A stretch of DNA of 64,000 bases from an uncultured Gammaproteobacteria bacterium. GTDB lineage: Bacteria; Patescibacteriota; Patescibacteriia; UBA9934. Shown here in pieces: positions 18,108-28,584 of the stretch. Below the pieces are notes generated by a model. The model saw only the letters and a list, made by a program, of their open reading frames with translations. It was not told where the DNA came from and searched no databases. The position numbers and the translations under genes were made by a program. Position 1 is the first letter of the stretch; each line of letters opens with the position of its first letter. The stretch is from the NCBI GenBank assembly GCA_964613815.1, contig CAZTKG010000002.1:23737-87736 (forward strand). Reading direction: 5' to 3'.

Positions 18108-18133
18108 AAAAAATGGGCAATTGCCCATTTTTT
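18108..18133. terminator. Bidirectional terminator between parB and rel
   Basis: Perfect palindrome AAAAAATGGGCAA|TTGCCCATTTTTT between convergent genes. Confidence 0.75.
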
Positions 18134-19613
18134 ATCTGCTCATGAATCCTAGAAGGGTTCGTTTGTTTCTTTTTAGTGATTCTTTGATTTTGGTTCTGGC
18201 GTGATGTGTTTTGACGAATTTGAGCCAGTCTTGGCTTGGACCTTTTCTGTTTCGGTCGATGACTATTTCGCACATGTCTCCGGATTTTAGGGGGGTGTCT
18301 AGGCCGGCGATTTGGCGGTTGATTTTGGCGTTTGTGGCTTTGTTGCCGATGTCGGTGTGGATGCGGTAGGCGAAATCGATGGGAGTGGATTCTTCTGGGA
18401 GGTCGAAGACGTCGCCGTTTGGGCTAAAGACGAAGATGCGTCCGTGGAACATGTCTAGTTTGAGTTCGTCTAGGCGTTCCAGGAAGTCCTCTTCTTTGAG
18501 GCCTTTTTGGATTTTGACGAGTTCATCCATCCAGATGACTTGTTTTGATCTTGCTCCGCCATCTTTGTAGCGCCAGTGAGCCGCGATACCGAATTCGGAT
18601 TCTTCGTGCATGTCTTTTGTGCGGATTTGGAATTCTAAGATGGCTCCATCTTCCGAGATGATGGAGGTGTGTAGGGATTGGTATTTATTCGGTTTGGGTT
18701 GGGAGATGTAGTCTTTGATTCTGCCGGCGAGCGGGGTGTACATGCCGTGGATGATGCCGAGAACGGCGTAACATTCGCTGATAGAGTTGACGACAACGCG
18801 CATAGCGACGATGTCGTAGACTTTGTTGATGTCGTTGTCGTGGCGCTGGAGCTTTTGGTAGAGGCTGTAGCAGTATTTGATTCTGCCATGGATGTCTACT
18901 GGGGAGATGCTGTTTGTTTTGAGTTCGTTTATGAGTTCTTTTTTGGATTTTTCGTAGGCTGGGTTAAAGCGTTTTACGCGTTGTTCGAGGAGGTGCTTCG
19001 TCCAGTTGTATTCTTTTGGTTGGAGGTATTTGAAGGCGTAATCTTCGAATAGGCCTCGGTATTCTCCCATGCCGAGCCTGTGAGCGATGGGGGCGTAGAT
19101 ATCTAGAACTTCTTTTGCGATGCGAGCGCGTTTGTGTTCTGGGAGGACGTAAAGGGTTTCAAGGTTGTGCATTCTGTCCGCGAATTTGATGAAGATGACG
19201 CGGACGTCGTTTGCCATGGCGAGGAACATTTTTCGGAGGTTTTCTACGTAGCGCTCGAGGCCTCGGTATTGGACGTTTCCGAGTTTGGTGACGCTTTCTA
19301 CCATGTTTGCGACGTCTTCGCCGAAGAGGACGACGATATCGTCAAGGTCTACGCCGGCGTCTTCTACGACGTCGTGGAGGAGACCGGCGATGATGACTTC
19401 TGTGGGGAGTTGGAGATCGGCGAGTTTGCAGGCGGTTGCAACAGGATGTTGGAAATATGGTTGGCCGGTGAGACGCATTTGGCCTTCATGGGCTTTTTGT
19501 GAGAAATCGTAAGCTTCCCGAATGAGAGCTATGTCTTTTTCGGGGTATCTTGATGGGCTCAGTTTATTGCCGAGAACATTGAAGTTTGTATTGGCATCTA
19601 TATTGGCGGCCAT
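18132..19613 (-). CDS. RelA/SpoT family (p)ppGpp synthetase/hydrolase (HD + synthetase + TGS, no ACT domain)
   Basis: HEGQMRLTGQPY, LLHDVVED, ADRMHN, KDYISQPKPNKYQSLHT, EFQIRT, GIAAHW, TPIDFAYRIHT. Confidence 0.95.
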   Translation of the reverse strand: MAANIDANTNFNVLGNKLSPSRYPEKDIALIREAYDFSQKAHEGQMRLTGQPYFQHPVATACKLADLQLPTEVIIAGLLHDVVEDAGVDLDDIVVLFGEDVANMVESVTKLGNVQYRGLERYVENLRKMFLAMANDVRVIFIKFADRMHNLETLYVLPEHKRARIAKEVLDIYAPIAHRLGMGEYRGLFEDYAFKYLQPKEYNWTKHLLEQRVKRFNPAYEKSKKELINELKTNSISPVDIHGRIKYCYSLYQKLQRHDNDINKVYDIVAMRVVVNSISECYAVLGIIHGMYTPLAGRIKDYISQPKPNKYQSLHTSIISEDGAILEFQIRTKDMHEESEFGIAAHWRYKDGGARSKQVIWMDELVKIQKGLKEEDFLERLDELKLDMFHGRIFVFSPNGDVFDLPEESTPIDFAYRIHTDIGNKATNAKINRQIAGLDTPLKSGDMCEIVIDRNRKGPSQDWLKFVKTHHARTKIKESLKRNKRTLLGFMSR

Positions 19614-19666
19614 ATAGATACGATAGCGGAGATAGGCGGATTCGGCTAGATGTTGCGGGTTTTGGT

Positions 19667-19696
19667 GAAAAAAATAGCGCTTGTGCGCTATTTTTT
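19667..19696. terminator. Intrinsic terminator after topA
   Basis: AAAAAATAGCGC-ttgt-GCGCTATTTTTT overlapping the topA stop. Confidence 0.7.
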
Positions 19697-21940
19697 CTTT
19701 TTGGCTCGTTTTTTCTCGAGGATTTCGAGGGCGAGTTTTCTATCGACGGTCGTTGGGTCGATTTTCTTTGGGATGGAGGCGTTTAGCTTGCCGTTTGTGA
19801 CGTATGGACCGAATCTTCCGTTTTTGACGAGAAGGGGTTCTTTGGAGTTGGGGTCTTCGCCGAGTTCGGCGATTGGTTTTGCGGCTTCTTTCTTTTGTTT
19901 GTCTGCTTCTTTGATGAGTTTGATGGCTTCTGGTTCGTTTACGGTGAATACGGTGAGTTCTTCTGGGATGGAGGCGTTGATTTTGCCGGCTTTAATGTAT
20001 GGACCGTATGGGCCTAGTTGCGCGGTGATAACAGTGCCGTCTGGCATTTTGCCGACTTCTCTTGGGAGTTCGAAGAGAGGGAGGACTTCTTCTAGGGTGC
20101 ATGTTTCGAAGTGCATGCCGTCTAGAAGGGAGACGGATTTTGGCTTGTTGATCTTTTCTTTGCGATCTTCTTCGCTCCAGTGGCCGAGTTGTGCGTATGG
20201 GCCAAAGCGACCGACACGGACGACGATAGGAAGTTTTGTGATGGGATCTTTGCCTAGTTCGCGGTCTTTTAAGACGTCTTCTCTTGAGATGTCTTTTGTT
20301 TTTTTCTCGAGATTTTTGTGGAAGGGTTTGTAGAAATCGTTGAGTGCTGGAACCCAGTCTGTTTTGCCGTGAGCGACGTGGTCCAGGGTTTGTTCCATGT
20401 TTGCGGTGAATTCGTAGTTTACGATGTTTGGAAAATGTTCTACGAGAAGGTCGCTTACAATGCAGGCGATGTCTGTTGGTTCGAGTTTTTTGTTGTCATC
20501 TCGTTCGACGTAGCCGCGGTTGATGATGGTGTGAATGGTTGGGGCATAGGTTGATGGGCGGCCGATACCGTGTTCTTCCATGACTTTGACGAGGGTTGCG
20601 TCGGAGTAGCGTGCTGGAGGTTCTGTGAAGTGCTGTTTTGCTTCGACGGTTTTGTCTTTTACTTTGTCACCTTCTTTACATTCTGGGAGGATTTTTTCTT
20701 TGGTGGATCGGTAGACTTTCATGTATCCATCAAAAACGATCGTACTGCCGTTTGCGCGGAAGGTGTAGTCTTTTGCGTTGAGGTTGATGCCGGTTCGTTC
20801 GAGTTTGGCTGGAGGCATTTGAGTTGCGACGGTTCGGCTCCAAATGAGTTTGTAGAGTTTTTTCATGCCGGCGTCGGCGGTTTTGAGATCGTCTGGCGTG
20901 ACGGTGACATCGGTTGGGCGAATGGCTTCGTGGGCTTCTTGTGCGCCCTTACTTTTGGTTGTGTAGGTTTGGATGCCTTTTGCGTAGTCTGCGCCGAATG
21001 TTGTGCTGATGTAGGCTTGTGTGTCTTTGAGGAATGAATCGGCGAGATTCATTGAGTCGGTACGCATGTAGGTGATTTTTCCGGTTTCGTAGAGTTTTTG
21101 CGCGACGGTCATGGTTCGTTTGGCGCCGAAACCGAGTTTGTTGTTTGCTTCTTGTTGAAGCAGGGAGGTGGTGAGGGGCTTTGGTGGGGATTTTTTGGCG
21201 TGTTTTTGATCTACGGATTCCACGGTAAATTCGACACCTTTAAGTGCTTTTGTGATTTTTTTTGCTTCTTCTTCTGTTTGGATTTGGAGTTTTTGGACTT
21301 TTTTCCCTTTGATTTTGGTGAGTTTTCCTGGGAATTCTTGTTTGTCTTTTTCGAAAAGGCCTTCGATGGTCCAGTATTCTTCGATGTTGAAAGCTTGCCG
21401 TTCTCGTTCACGTTCTACGATGAGACGGGTCGCGACGGACTGGACGCGGCCAGCTGATAGTCCTCTACGAACTTTTTTCCAGAGAAATGGGGAGAGTTCG
21501 TATCCGACGAGACGGTCAAGGATTCTTCGGGCTTGTTGCGCCTCGACGAGATCCATTTTGAGATGGTCTGGTTTTTCGAGGGCTTTTTCGATGGCGGATT
21601 TGGTGATTTCGTGGAAGACGATGCGTTTTGCCTTTTTTGGATCTTGCTTAAGAACATGGGCGATATGCCATGCGATTGCTTCTCCTTCGCGGTCTCCGTC
21701 CGTTGCGAGGTAAATTTCTGTGGCGTCTTTTGCGGCTTTTTTGAGGGCGGTTACTTTTGGCTTTTTATCTTCTGGGACAACGTAGGTTGGTTCGAAGCTG
21801 TGTTCGATATCTACGCCCATGTCTTTTTTGGGGAGGTCGCGGATGTGGCCAAAAGAAGAAATGACTGTGTAGCCTTTTCCGAGGATTTTTTTGATGGTCT
21901 TTGCCTTTGTGGGAGACTCTACGATGAGGAGTTTGGACAT
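19688..21940 (-). CDS. topA: DNA topoisomerase I
   Basis: LLIVESPTKAKTI, DGDREGEAIAWH, SAGRVQS, ITYMRTDS, GIGRPSTY; C-terminal GRFGPY repeats and a Lys-rich tail. Confidence 0.97.
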   Translation of the reverse strand: MSKLLIVESPTKAKTIKKILGKGYTVISSFGHIRDLPKKDMGVDIEHSFEPTYVVPEDKKPKVTALKKAAKDATEIYLATDGDREGEAIAWHIAHVLKQDPKKAKRIVFHEITKSAIEKALEKPDHLKMDLVEAQQARRILDRLVGYELSPFLWKKVRRGLSAGRVQSVATRLIVERERERQAFNIEEYWTIEGLFEKDKQEFPGKLTKIKGKKVQKLQIQTEEEAKKITKALKGVEFTVESVDQKHAKKSPPKPLTTSLLQQEANNKLGFGAKRTMTVAQKLYETGKITYMRTDSMNLADSFLKDTQAYISTTFGADYAKGIQTYTTKSKGAQEAHEAIRPTDVTVTPDDLKTADAGMKKLYKLIWSRTVATQMPPAKLERTGINLNAKDYTFRANGSTIVFDGYMKVYRSTKEKILPECKEGDKVKDKTVEAKQHFTEPPARYSDATLVKVMEEHGIGRPSTYAPTIHTIINRGYVERDDNKKLEPTDIACIVSDLLVEHFPNIVNYEFTANMEQTLDHVAHGKTDWVPALNDFYKPFHKNLEKKTKDISREDVLKDRELGKDPITKLPIVVRVGRFGPYAQLGHWSEEDRKEKINKPKSVSLLDGMHFETCTLEEVLPLFELPREVGKMPDGTVITAQLGPYGPYIKAGKINASIPEELTVFTVNEPEAIKLIKEADKQKKEAAKPIAELGEDPNSKEPLLVKNGRFGPYVTNGKLNASIPKKIDPTTVDRKLALEILEKKRAKKKK

Positions 21941-21976
21941 AATGCGGTCGATAATGCAGCAATCTGTTTATGGTTG

Positions 21977-23233
21977 TCAAATCGGGAAGCTGGAATTGGT
22001 TGTTACTATATCATGTTCGGTGATCCAATTTGATCGGAGCTCTCCTGCGAGATAGAGGGATCCTGTAATGACGATAGGTTCGTCTTTTTTTGTTGTTTTG
22101 ATGAGGGTTTTTAGGGCGAGGTGAGGATCGAGTTGTGGGGGTTTGCGGAGGCGGTGAGGGATGTGTTTGTGGAGTTCTGTAGGAGATGCGGCTTTTTTGA
22201 AGGTTGTGGTGAATCTTGTTGGGGTGATAGAGGCAGCGACGGAGGAAAGGGTTTTGATCATGTCTGAGGCGTTTTTTGTTTGAGTGCAGGCGAATAGCAC
22301 GTGAGGCTTTTTTGGCAGTGAAGCGATTTGATTGCAGGTGCTTATTATTTTTGCTGGGGAGTGGGCGCCGTCTAGGATGATGAGCGGTTTTTGACTGATG
22401 TATTCGAATCGGCAAGGGAGGGGGGTGTAGGAGGCGAGAGCTGTTGTGATTTGGTCTGTTTGGATGCCGAGAAGGGAGGTTGCCATGTGTGCGAGTGTGG
22501 CGTTTGCGGTGAGGTGGTTTGGGGCTTTTGGGGCGTAGTGAACGGTTGCGTTTTTGTGTGCAGCTATTTGGTTGAAAATGGATTTTAGGGACGGGCGGGT
22601 TTCGCCGATGACGATTTGACCCCGGGATTTGATGATGCCGGCTTTTGTGCGAGCGATGGCTGCGAGAGAGTTTCCAAGAAGGGCGGTGTGGTCTTTATCG
22701 ATGTTTGTGAGAACGGCGACGCGGGGGGTTGGGATGAGGTTTGTGGCGTCGTATTCTCCTCCGCAGCCGACTTCGAGTACGATCCAGTTTGCGCCGGCAT
22801 TGTGGAAGGTTGCGATAGCGAGGGCGGTGGAGAGCTCGAAAAATGAGAGGGGGGTGTTTCCTTTGGTGAGATAGGTTGTGTATTTGTCGTGGAGGGTTTG
22901 AATGTTTTTTGTGAGCGTCTTTGCGGGGATGAGATTTTCGTTGAATTGGAAGCGTTCTAGGTAGGTTGTGGTGTGAGGCGAGAGGTATGATCCTACCGTG
23001 TGTCCGGTTTGATGGAGGATGTGGTGAATTATGGTTGTGGTGGAGCCTTTTCCGCTTGTGCCGCCGACGTGGATGAAATTTGCTTGGAGTGCTCTTGGAG
23101 CGAGCATGCGGAGGAAGGTTTTGGTATTTGAAAGAGAGGCGGAGAGTTGTCGCGGATTGGGGTTTTGGATGGGGGTGTGGAGATTTGTGAGGGAGAGGAG
23201 GGATTGGTAGGCGGATTGGTAGTCGGTGATCAT
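21977..23233 (-). CDS. folC: Folylpolyglutamate synthase/dihydrofolate synthase
   Basis: IHVGGTSGKGST, SPH, EVGCGGEYDATN, DHTALLG, KAGIIK, LDGAHS, TGSLYLAG. Confidence 0.9.
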   Translation of the reverse strand: MITDYQSAYQSLLSLTNLHTPIQNPNPRQLSASLSNTKTFLRMLAPRALQANFIHVGGTSGKGSTTTIIHHILHQTGHTVGSYLSPHTTTYLERFQFNENLIPAKTLTKNIQTLHDKYTTYLTKGNTPLSFFELSTALAIATFHNAGANWIVLEVGCGGEYDATNLIPTPRVAVLTNIDKDHTALLGNSLAAIARTKAGIIKSRGQIVIGETRPSLKSIFNQIAAHKNATVHYAPKAPNHLTANATLAHMATSLLGIQTDQITTALASYTPLPCRFEYISQKPLIILDGAHSPAKIISTCNQIASLPKKPHVLFACTQTKNASDMIKTLSSVAASITPTRFTTTFKKAASPTELHKHIPHRLRKPPQLDPHLALKTLIKTTKKDEPIVITGSLYLAGELRSNWITEHDIVTTNSSFPI

Positions 23234-23243
23234 ACGTGTTTGT

Positions 23244-24320
23244 TTACGTAAGTATATAGTACATGCCGCCGATGTGTTTGGTGCGTCCCTTCATTTCCAT
23301 GAGGGATAGGGAGCCGGCGATTTTGGCGGGGGTGAGCGTTGTTTGGCGGATGAGTTCGTCGATGTGAACGGGGGTTTTGGAGAGGATTTCTAGGATGAGA
23401 TGTTCTTCTTTTGATGCGGGGGTGTAAATTTTGGGTTCGAGGATTTTGTCGATGCCGAGTGTTTGTAATATATCATCTGCGGATGTGGTGGGGGTGGCAC
23501 CCATTTTGAGGAGATTGTTTGTGCCGATGGAATTTTTGGAGGTAATTGGGCCTGGAATGGCGAAAACGTCTCGATTTTGGTCGAGGGCGCAGCGGGCGGT
23601 GATGAGAGTGCCGGAGGATTCTGTCGCTTCGACGACAAGAAGGCCTTTTGCGAGGCCGGAGATGATGCGGTTGCGGTATGGAAAGAAGTGTTTTAGGGAT
23701 GCGGTTTTGTAGGGGAATTCTGTGATGACGGCGCCGCCTGATTCGGTGATTTTTTTGGCGAGGTGGCGGCCTCTTGTGGTGAGGGAAGAGTGGCCGCCGG
23801 CGAGGATGGCACAGGTGATTCCGCCTGCTTTGACGGTGGCGGTATGTGCGGCTTCGTCAATGCCGTAGGCGAGGCCGGAGGTGATGATGAGGTCGGTTTT
23901 TGCGAGCGGGGGGATGAGTTCTTCCGTGACTTGTTTGCCGTATGCGGTGCATTTTCGAGATCCTACGACGCTGATGTGGATGGCGTCTGGGTCGGGGAGG
24001 GTTCCCGTGTAGTAGAGGACTGGGGGTGGGTCGTGGATCTGGCGAAGAAGGGTCGGATATTCGGGGTCGGTGATTTTGATGGTGCTAATTTGTCGTTTGT
24101 TGAGTGTTGGGAGAATTGTATCTGGATTGATGTTTTGGCGGAGGTGGATGAAGTTTGTGGTAATGGATGGAGGGATGCCGGCTTTTGTAAGTTTTTCTGC
24201 TGGAGCATAAAAGGCTTGCTGCATTGTGGGAAAATATGCAGCAAGCCTTGCAAATGCTTGGGGGCCGAATTTATGGAATTCGTTTAGTGCGAGCCAGTAT
24301 TTGTGATCAGGGTCATGCAT
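23244..24320 (-). CDS. dprA: DNA-processing protein DprA
   Basis: YPTLLRQIHDPPPVLY, VVGSRK, SGLAYGID, FPYRNRIISGL, VVEATESSGTLITA. Confidence 0.96.
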   Translation of the reverse strand: MHDPDHKYWLALNEFHKFGPQAFARLAAYFPTMQQAFYAPAEKLTKAGIPPSITTNFIHLRQNINPDTILPTLNKRQISTIKITDPEYPTLLRQIHDPPPVLYYTGTLPDPDAIHISVVGSRKCTAYGKQVTEELIPPLAKTDLIITSGLAYGIDEAAHTATVKAGGITCAILAGGHSSLTTRGRHLAKKITESGGAVITEFPYKTASLKHFFPYRNRIISGLAKGLLVVEATESSGTLITARCALDQNRDVFAIPGPITSKNSIGTNNLLKMGATPTTSADDILQTLGIDKILEPKIYTPASKEEHLILEILSKTPVHIDELIRQTTLTPAKIAGSLSLMEMKGRTKHIGGMYYILT

Positions 24321-24873
24321 TTTGGATGGTTTCTGGTTCGATGTTGGATTCTAGAGCGGTGAGGATGTGGGACGCGGTGTTTTTGACGAGGGAGGGAAGT
24401 TCCGTTTGTTCGTTTTTTGAGAATTTTTGGAGCACGTAGGCTTCGAGAGGGGTTTTTTCTGGGGGTTCGCTGATGCCTATGCGGATGCGGATGAAGTCGT
24501 CAGTTTTGATGATGTTTAAGATGGATTTGATACCGTTGTGGCCTCCTGCAGAGCCTCTTGTTCGAATTCTTGTGGTTCCGAAGTCGAGGTTAATGTCGTC
24601 GTAGATAATCCAGGTGTCGTGTGACGGAACGTTGAAATGGTTCATGAGGTTTGTCACCGCGTCACCTGATTTGTTCATGAATGTGGTTGGTTTTGCGAGG
24701 ATGACTTTTTCTCCTTTGATGTTGATTTCTGCGACCTTTGCGTGGAGAGGTTTGTTTGTTTTGAATTTGATGTCCTGTATTTTAGCTAGTTCGTCGACGA
24801 TCATGAATCCAAGGTTATGCCTTGTTTTTGTGTATGCTCTTCCTGGATTGCCGAGGCCGACGATGAGTTTCAT
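24313..24873 (-). CDS. pth: Peptidyl-tRNA hydrolase
   Basis: MKLIVGLGNPG..Y..TRHNLGF, KPTTFMNKSG, GSAGGHNGIKS; start set at the ATG at 24873. Confidence 0.96.
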   Translation of the reverse strand: MKLIVGLGNPGRAYTKTRHNLGFMIVDELAKIQDIKFKTNKPLHAKVAEINIKGEKVILAKPTTFMNKSGDAVTNLMNHFNVPSHDTWIIYDDINLDFGTTRIRTRGSAGGHNGIKSILNIIKTDDFIRIRIGISEPPEKTPLEAYVLQKFSKNEQTELPSLVKNTASHILTALESNIEPETIQNA

Positions 24874-24951
24874 AGATGGGGATTTTTGAACGATAGAGCC
24901 GCGGCGGAGCCGGGCGATAGGGCTATGCGATGGGGTGCGTTGCACCGATAG

Positions 24952-26328
24952 TTACGTTATAGTTGTATGTTTTTTGGTTCTTGTGCGGACTTTGATGCTG
25001 ATTGGGACGCCGGCGAAGTCGAAGCGTTTTCGGAGGAGATTTTCGATGTAGCGGAGGTAGGATTCGGCGATTGCTTCTTTGCGGTATTGTTTGATGAAGA
25101 TATGGAAGGTCGGGGGGTTTACATGTGTTTGGATGAAGCGGCGCACGTTTGGTCGTGCCTGACCCTTTCCTTTGGTTGGTTTGTGTTTGGTGACGGCTTG
25201 TTTGATGAATCTTGTTGCTTCTGCGGATGAAAGTTGCCTGAAGCGATTTTGATAGACGTGATCGATGGCATCGAATAATGCGTTTACACGTTGTCCTGTG
25301 ACAGCGGTGGTGAAGACGATTGGTGCGTATTTAAGCATTGGGAAGTGATAGCGGATGTAGTCTTCGTATTCGTCGATGGTGTTTGGTTCTTTGTTTGGGA
25401 TGAGGTCCCATTTGTTTGCGACGATGATGGCGCAAGATTGTGAGTTTGCGATGCGGCCGGCGAGGTGTTTGTCTTGGTGGGTGACTTTTTTTGTTACATC
25501 GAGAACCAAAAGAGAGACGTCGGATTTTTTCATGGCACGAATGGTGCGTTCGACGCCGGATTGTTCGAGTTTTGATTTTCCTGCGTTGACGCGAGCGAGT
25601 TTGCGGACACCTGCAGTGTCGACGAGTGTGTAGTTTTGTCCGTCGATCGTTAGGCGCGTGTCGTTTGGCTCTCGCGTTGTATGTTCTTTGTCTTGGGCGA
25701 TAAAACGGTGTTCTTTGAGCGCAGCGTTTAAGAGAGATGATTTTCCGACATTTGGACGGCCAATGACGGAAACGCGAATGGAAGTGAAGTCTTTGATGTC
25801 GATGGCTGGGGTGCCGGATTCTTCTAGTTTTGTAAATACTTGATCCAGAATGTCACCTGTTCCTGTTCCTTTGATGGCGGAGATGGGTTCTGGGGTGCCG
25901 AGCGGCCATTTATTCCAGTTTTCTCCATGCATTGCTTGGCGAATGAATTCGTTGTCTGCCTTGTTCGCGGTGACGATGACGGGGGTTTTTGATTTGAGTA
26001 GTTGTTTTGCGAGTGCTCGATCTTCTGTTTGTACGCCGCTTTGTGCATCGACGACAAATAAAACAAGATCCGCGTCTTTGATGGCGGTTTGTGTTTGCTT
26101 GGCGGTTTCTTTTTCGATTTGGGAAGCGTTTTTTTCTTCAATTCCGCCTGTGTCGATGAGACGGATGAGTTTTCCGCGCCAAATACAGTCTGCTTCGAAC
26201 CTATCTCTTGTTGTTCCCGCGATTGGGGAGACGAGAGATTTTTGGGATTCGATGAGGCGGTTGAAGAGGGTAGATTTGCCCACGTTTGTTCTTCCGGCGA
26301 TGACCACGCTTGGTGGTTTTTGTTCCAT
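24952..26328 (-). CDS. der: Ribosome biogenesis GTPase Der (EngA)
   Basis: Two G domains (GRTNVGKSTLFN/DTGG/NKAD and GRPNVGKSSLLN/DTAG/NKWD) plus a KH-like C-terminus (YLRYIENLLR). Confidence 0.96.
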   Translation of the reverse strand: MEQKPPSVVIAGRTNVGKSTLFNRLIESQKSLVSPIAGTTRDRFEADCIWRGKLIRLIDTGGIEEKNASQIEKETAKQTQTAIKDADLVLFVVDAQSGVQTEDRALAKQLLKSKTPVIVTANKADNEFIRQAMHGENWNKWPLGTPEPISAIKGTGTGDILDQVFTKLEESGTPAIDIKDFTSIRVSVIGRPNVGKSSLLNAALKEHRFIAQDKEHTTREPNDTRLTIDGQNYTLVDTAGVRKLARVNAGKSKLEQSGVERTIRAMKKSDVSLLVLDVTKKVTHQDKHLAGRIANSQSCAIIVANKWDLIPNKEPNTIDEYEDYIRYHFPMLKYAPIVFTTAVTGQRVNALFDAIDHVYQNRFRQLSSAEATRFIKQAVTKHKPTKGKGQARPNVRRFIQTHVNPPTFHIFIKQYRKEAIAESYLRYIENLLRKRFDFAGVPISIKVRTRTKKHTTIT

Positions 26329-26340
26329 ATTGTTGACGAT

Positions 26341-27816
26341 TTATCGCATAACGACGCGCGCGGTATCTTCGCCTAAAATGACTAAAAAGTCAATGCCTTC
26401 TGCGTCGGTGGCGAGTTCTTCGCCTAATGTGTCAACGGTGAGTTCGCGTGGAACGACTTCATCTGAGAAGATCCATCCAGATGTTGTCATGCTGACGTCT
26501 GCTTCTAAGAAGTCTTGTAGAACTGATAGTTCTGAGGCTAATTCGCCTTCTGAGAGGTCGTAAATGATTGTTTTAGTGTAGTTTTTGGAATCCGCATTGC
26601 CGATTTTGGTGACATCGAATCCTGAGCCCGCGAGGAGTTGATAGGTTTCGAAGGCGAGTCCGCTGACGCTTGTGCCGTTTTGGATTTCTATTTTGGCTCG
26701 GTTTTCAACGTTTTCTGTTTGGTACGCAAGAGATGTTTCTGTTTCTGGATCGGCGATGTATTCGGCGAGGCGATGAACGTCTGACCAATCGTCGTTTTTG
26801 GGAAGAAGCACGTATGCACCATTGATGGAGGTTGAATAAAGTGGACTTGTGTTTGATGAGTCTAGGACGACATGATTGATTGTGGTTGGGTCGATGTCTG
26901 GTGCATATTTGGCGAGTTTTATAATTTCCCAGAATGTCATGTTTGTTTGAACGTATGCTTGCAGGGTGCTAATAACGTTGTCTAGTTTTGCTGGGTTTAA
27001 GAATACGGAAGGGGAGAGGACTTCGTCTTTGATGGCAAGGATGATTTTTTGTTGGCGTTCTGCGCGGGCGAAGTCTGAGCCTTCGCCGTTTGTTCCATGT
27101 CTTGAGCGTGCGAATTGAAGCGCGACCTCTCCGTTCATATGTTGCCATCCTTCTTCAAATTCGATTGTTTGTATAAGGTCGTCTTCTGTTGGGTATTGAT
27201 TGTCGGTAAAACTGCGGTCCACGTAAACATTGATTCCACCGATGGCGTCTATGAGGTCTTCAAAGCCGTTGAAATCGATTTTGACGGTATGATCGATGTG
27301 TTGGCTTAGTGTCTCGCCGATGACTTCGGCTGCGAATTCAGGTCCTCCGCCTGACGTTTCTTGTTCACCGTAGGCGTTGGCGTGATTTACTTTGCGATAT
27401 CCGTAGCCTGGGATTGCGACTGCGAGGTCTCGCGGAATTGAAAGCATGCCGACGTTGTTTGTTTCGAGGTCAAGGCTAGAGAAGATGATCGTATCTGATA
27501 GTTCTGGCCCAGCGTGTCCTGTTCCGCCTACGCCAAGGAGAAGTACGTTGATGCGGCCGTCGCTTTCGGCGGAGGATTCTTTGTCGCCGGAGAGTACGAG
27601 GCGCTTGAATGAATTGAATAGAGAAGGTTGGTCGTCTTCAACGTAGTATTCTGTTCTGTCTTTTTGGAGGTTAAATGAAAAAACTGTTCCTGCAACGCTT
27701 AGCATGGCGATACTTAGGCAGGCCACTTTGAGGAATTTGAAGTGATGTTTTTTTTGTTTTTTGGGTTCTGGGGCTTGGTATTTCTCTCGTAGGAAGTCGA
27801 TGGATGGTTCTTGCAT
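26341..27816 (-). CDS. LCP (LytR-CpsA-Psr) family protein with a LytR C-terminal domain
   Basis: NVLLLG, SDTII, SIPRDL, ALQFARSR, SDFARAERQQ; C-terminal IEIQNGTSVSGLA...VILGED. Confidence 0.92.
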   Translation of the reverse strand: MQEPSIDFLREKYQAPEPKKQKKHHFKFLKVACLSIAMLSVAGTVFSFNLQKDRTEYYVEDDQPSLFNSFKRLVLSGDKESSAESDGRINVLLLGVGGTGHAGPELSDTIIFSSLDLETNNVGMLSIPRDLAVAIPGYGYRKVNHANAYGEQETSGGGPEFAAEVIGETLSQHIDHTVKIDFNGFEDLIDAIGGINVYVDRSFTDNQYPTEDDLIQTIEFEEGWQHMNGEVALQFARSRHGTNGEGSDFARAERQQKIILAIKDEVLSPSVFLNPAKLDNVISTLQAYVQTNMTFWEIIKLAKYAPDIDPTTINHVVLDSSNTSPLYSTSINGAYVLLPKNDDWSDVHRLAEYIADPETETSLAYQTENVENRAKIEIQNGTSVSGLAFETYQLLAGSGFDVTKIGNADSKNYTKTIIYDLSEGELASELSVLQDFLEADVSMTTSGWIFSDEVVPRELTVDTLGEELATDAEGIDFLVILGEDTARVVMR

Positions 27817-27954
27817 ATTCAAAATAGAATTCTTGCTGAATTCTTTGTTTCATTTCCAAATATATCAAATATTGGTTGCTCTGCAAAGTTGTTTATCCTC
27901 TTGTATTTTTGCCTTTTTTTGTGGTATTGTGGTGTTTACTTAGCTGTTTGGACC

Positions 27955-28560
27955 ATGTTTAAACGACGCGATAAGGAATCATCAGTCATTTTTCGTTTGT
28001 TTGGAGCTGCTCTTGGCTCTTTTGTTTTGTTTTTTCTTGAGGTCTTGCAGGTGGTCATCATTGCTGCGGCGATTATTATTCCCGTTCGTTATTTTTTGAT
28101 TCAACCGTTTATTGTTAAGGGGGCTAGCATGGAGCCAAATTTTCAAAATAATGATTATCTTATTATCAATGAGGTGAGTTTGTTTTTTCGTGATTTGGAG
28201 CGAGGTGAGGTGGTTGTGTTTCAGCCTCCGAGCAATGATGAGCAGTTTTATATTAAGCGAGTGATCGGGCTCCCAGGGGAAACGATTGAAATTGACAATG
28301 GTGAAGTGACGATTAAAAATGTTGCGTATCCGAATGGCACTTTGCTTCATGAGATTTATCTTGAAGAGTATACTCAAGGCCGTCATTCGGTTACTCTTGG
28401 ACTTGACGAGTACTATCTTTTGGGCGATAATCGTGACTCGAGTTTGGATTCTCGGGTTATCGGCGCAATTCCAATTGATAATATTGTTGGTCGGGTTTGG
28501 ATTCGGGGTTTACCTATTTCTGAAATTGGAACGTTTGAGATTCCGGAGTATTCCATTTAA
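27955..28560 (+). CDS. lepB: Signal peptidase I
   Basis: VKGASMEPNF (Ser), YIKRVIGLPGE (Lys), LGDNRDSSLDSR; start set at the ATG at 27955. Confidence 0.95.
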   Translation: MFKRRDKESSVIFRLFGAALGSFVLFFLEVLQVVIIAAAIIIPVRYFLIQPFIVKGASMEPNFQNNDYLIINEVSLFFRDLERGEVVVFQPPSNDEQFYIKRVIGLPGETIEIDNGEVTIKNVAYPNGTLLHEIYLEEYTQGRHSVTLGLDEYYLLGDNRDSSLDSRVIGAIPIDNIVGRVWIRGLPISEIGTFEIPEYSI

Positions 28561-28584
28561 TTTTGCAAATTGAATCATATTGCT

